Assembly (NCBI GenBank): GCA_963706325.1
Contig: CAVPLT010000001.1
Span: 768,001-832,000, forward strand
Reading direction: 5' to 3'
Length of the DNA stretch: 64,000 bases
DNA from: an uncultured Nitrospiraceae bacterium
GTDB taxonomy: Bacteria; Nitrospirota; Nitrospiria; Nitrospirales; Nitrospiraceae
The stretch's first letter is position 1. Each line of letters begins with the position of its first letter. Shown in pieces: positions 61,941-64,000 of the stretch. Both the position numbers and the translations under genes were made by a program. The notes under the pieces are model-generated. The model saw nothing but the letters and a program-made list of their open reading frames with translations, made no database searches and had not been told where the DNA came from.

Positions 61941-62825
61941 AAGTCACCTCCCTATGCTTTGGTCAGTCAGAGAGGAGCCATTGCTTGGCTCGGGATGATC
62001 GAAACAGTAATTCTCTTCGATTCACTGAGCAGGTGAATGTGGGTGCTTCAAGCGTAATTGGCTGCCACGGCGTTGAGGATGTGTGAGCGATACCTCGCCG
62101 GGAAATCGACTCGCTTTGAGAGGCAGGCATGCTGCGCCGTCGCGGCCATTTATATTCAACCGGTACAGTACGGTTGCAGGTTATGCGGAGCGCATCCCCT
62201 TTGCACCTAGGATGAGCCCTGGTCTACGTTCACAGAGTGGACCGCTTGAGGGGATAAATCGTTGCGAAGATGCAGACGGAATGGGTTTCGCATCAAAGAA
62301 ACCTGGTCGTGTTTTTGGTCAAGGTTCGGTCACGGCTTTGGCCCCGACTGTTCATCTACCTTCATCGTCACTGGTTGCATCGTGTAATGGTCTACTAGCT
62401 TGATTGGCAAAGGTAACATCACGTCCCGTCACTACCAATCACCGTCAGTCTTTAGCGCACTTCGTGAGCCATCAGATCCGAGGGTGCGGGTTCAAGACCC
62501 GCGGGCGCACCCCGCAGAATATGTTCGACCGGCAATGCGGTTGAATCATCGAATGATATCTCCCGCTCCTTCTCACTGGGACTTTTCCAGCATCTCCTCT
62601 GAATAGGCCCATTCGCCACTTATCTTCTGCCATCCTGGCGTGGTTGTGGCAAACATTACTCCTCACCGAAGAGACGTGAGGGTAATATCGTGGGAAGGAG
62701 CATGCTTAACTCCTTGTAATATAGACGATCTCATCACAGACTGGGGACAGCCTGAACTTCGAATAGCAGATGCTATAGTTGTAACGTTAGGCAAAGGTCA
62801 CACCAAGCGTGAAGGAGCATGGTTC

Positions 62826-63551
62826 ATGAAGTACCCTGATGCGTCGCAATGGATGTTGGGCGGAATGGCCGTTGTCTTACTCGCGGCCCCTGGATGTAGC
62901 AGTATGAGTGGGTTTCACTCCGGATCGGATGACACGGCTGTTTCGGAGAACGACAGGCTTGGCGACCACGCGCAGGGACAAGGTGGACGAAATGGGCAGT
63001 ACCCGTCTCTCAGCCGACAAAACCCTCTGTCTGATGCTGATGTTAATGCTGAGGCTGAGGGCGGAGTGTTGCGGGGATTTTCACCCTTGGTGAACGGCCG
63101 GATTGCGGGGGAAGAGCGACTGAGTCGGAGCAGCATCGGCGGTATGTTGATGCCGGTTGATCGCGACGAGAAATGGCATGCCGAAATTCGCCGGGAAGAG
63201 GCGGCGGCGATGGAAGCAGGACTTAAAGATGTGTTCTACGGGTATGACCGATATAGCGTGTCCGATAACGACGGGGCGGCGTCGCTCACGGACAATGCCG
63301 TGTGGCTGAAGGACAACCCCAAGTCCGTTCTCAGGATTTCCGGGCATTGTGATGAGCGTGGCACGCACGATTATAATCTCGTGCTTGGTGAAAAACGGGC
63401 CAAGGCCGCCAAGAGCTTTATGGTCGATTTGGGCGTGAGCCCAAAGCAGGTGGCGATTGTCTCCTATGGCAAAGACCGCCCATTTTGTGCCGACCATGAC
63501 GAAGCCTGCCATCAGCAAAATCGGCGTGGCCATATGCTGCTGCGCAAATAA
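62826..63551 (+). CDS. Pal/OmpA-family peptidoglycan-associated lipoprotein with a long linker
   Basis: Lipoprotein-like signal ..APGC; GHCDERGT.DYN..LGEKRA, SYGK.RP, NRR. Confidence 0.9.
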   Translation: MKYPDASQWMLGGMAVVLLAAPGCSSMSGFHSGSDDTAVSENDRLGDHAQGQGGRNGQYPSLSRQNPLSDADVNAEAEGGVLRGFSPLVNGRIAGEERLSRSSIGGMLMPVDRDEKWHAEIRREEAAAMEAGLKDVFYGYDRYSVSDNDGAASLTDNAVWLKDNPKSVLRISGHCDERGTHDYNLVLGEKRAKAAKSFMVDLGVSPKQVAIVSYGKDRPFCADHDEACHQQNRRGHMLLRK

Positions 63552-63881
63552 GCGAGAGCCCCCGGCGTCTTTCCGTGAGTGGGCGCCGGGGCAAGGCGTG
63601 CTTGGGCCTGGGCCATTCAACGTGCTCTCGCGCAGTTTTCTCTCTCCTTCCTGCCCCTGATCCCGATAATCTGAATGATTTCTCTCCAGGAACTGTGGCT
63701 GGTTCCTCTACCGGAGGCCGCTGCCGAGGAGTGCTTTTTGGGCTATGAGCGCGTCGAGACCTCCCGGCCTCCCACTCCTTTCCCATCACATAAGGGTGAC
63801 AATACGCGGGAGCTTATGGTATCTGAGCCACTGCAGGTGACAGGCTTTTCGCCGACCATCCCGTACGAAGGAGTATGATTT

Positions 63882-64000
63882 GTGAACCAGCGCTTTGGGA
63901 TTACCGTGAAGTTCCTCATTTCTGCCGACTCCCCCGAGGAGGCTGAAGAGATTATCGAGTCGGCCTGTGAAAAGATGGCCGCGTCCATCCATGAAGGAGA
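63882..64000 (+). CDS. Start of a hypothetical protein, truncated by the window
   Basis: AAGGAG RBS, then GTG and an open frame NQRFGITVKFLISADSPEEAEEII to the window end. Confidence 0.5.
   Translation, partial: MNQRFGITVKFLISADSPEEAEEIIESACEKMAASIHEG

Overview
A GC-rich bacterial chromosomal window. Gene content points to Nitrospira (Nitrospirota); this is an inference from the DUF3015, stand-alone PilZ, small Zn-ribbon and PEP-CTERM genes. From left to right it holds: (1) an accessory region with a REC-GGDEF cyclase, unannotated DUF3015 and PilZ pseudogenes, an intact PilZ gene and small paralogous ORFs next to tRNA-fMet; (2) fmt-rsmB-rpe plus an archaeal/eukaryotic-type pheST converging on thrS-infC-rpmI-rplT, with infC starting at ATC; (3) tRNA-Val, HU and a pseudo-receiver/Fis regulator; (4) a sulfate-assimilation cluster: Rrf2/CymR-like regulator, a sulfite reductase-HEPN-TusA fusion with two full Cys cofactor motif sets, APS reductase, a YbiB-like gene, cysD, and cysN with a degenerate kinase domain; (5) an Mrp ATPase + Zn-ribbon/PCP_red protein + His-rich membrane protein module; (6) yebC-ruvA-[Cys-rich secreted]-ruvB with no ruvC; (7) the pheA-hisC-aroF-tyrA-aroA-cmk-plsC-rpsA-sppA-ihfB superoperon, where 38.4-40.8 kb is full of probable sequencing indels, followed by a 4x PCP_red repeat protein; (8) envelope genes, a LysR/lipoprotein truncated-globin pair, gdh, lipB, htrA, a sigma-70 factor, trmI and aroE/aroK; (9) an island after tRNA-Arg(TCG) with decayed AKR/ADH/VOC genes and a PEP-CTERM metalloprotease plus a putative inhibitor gene; (10) a Pal-like lipoprotein. 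The best candidates for undescribed systems are the Mrp/PCP_red module, the Sir-HEPN-TusA fusion and the PEP-CTERM protease/partner pair. All family calls come from motif recognition by eye; no searches were run.
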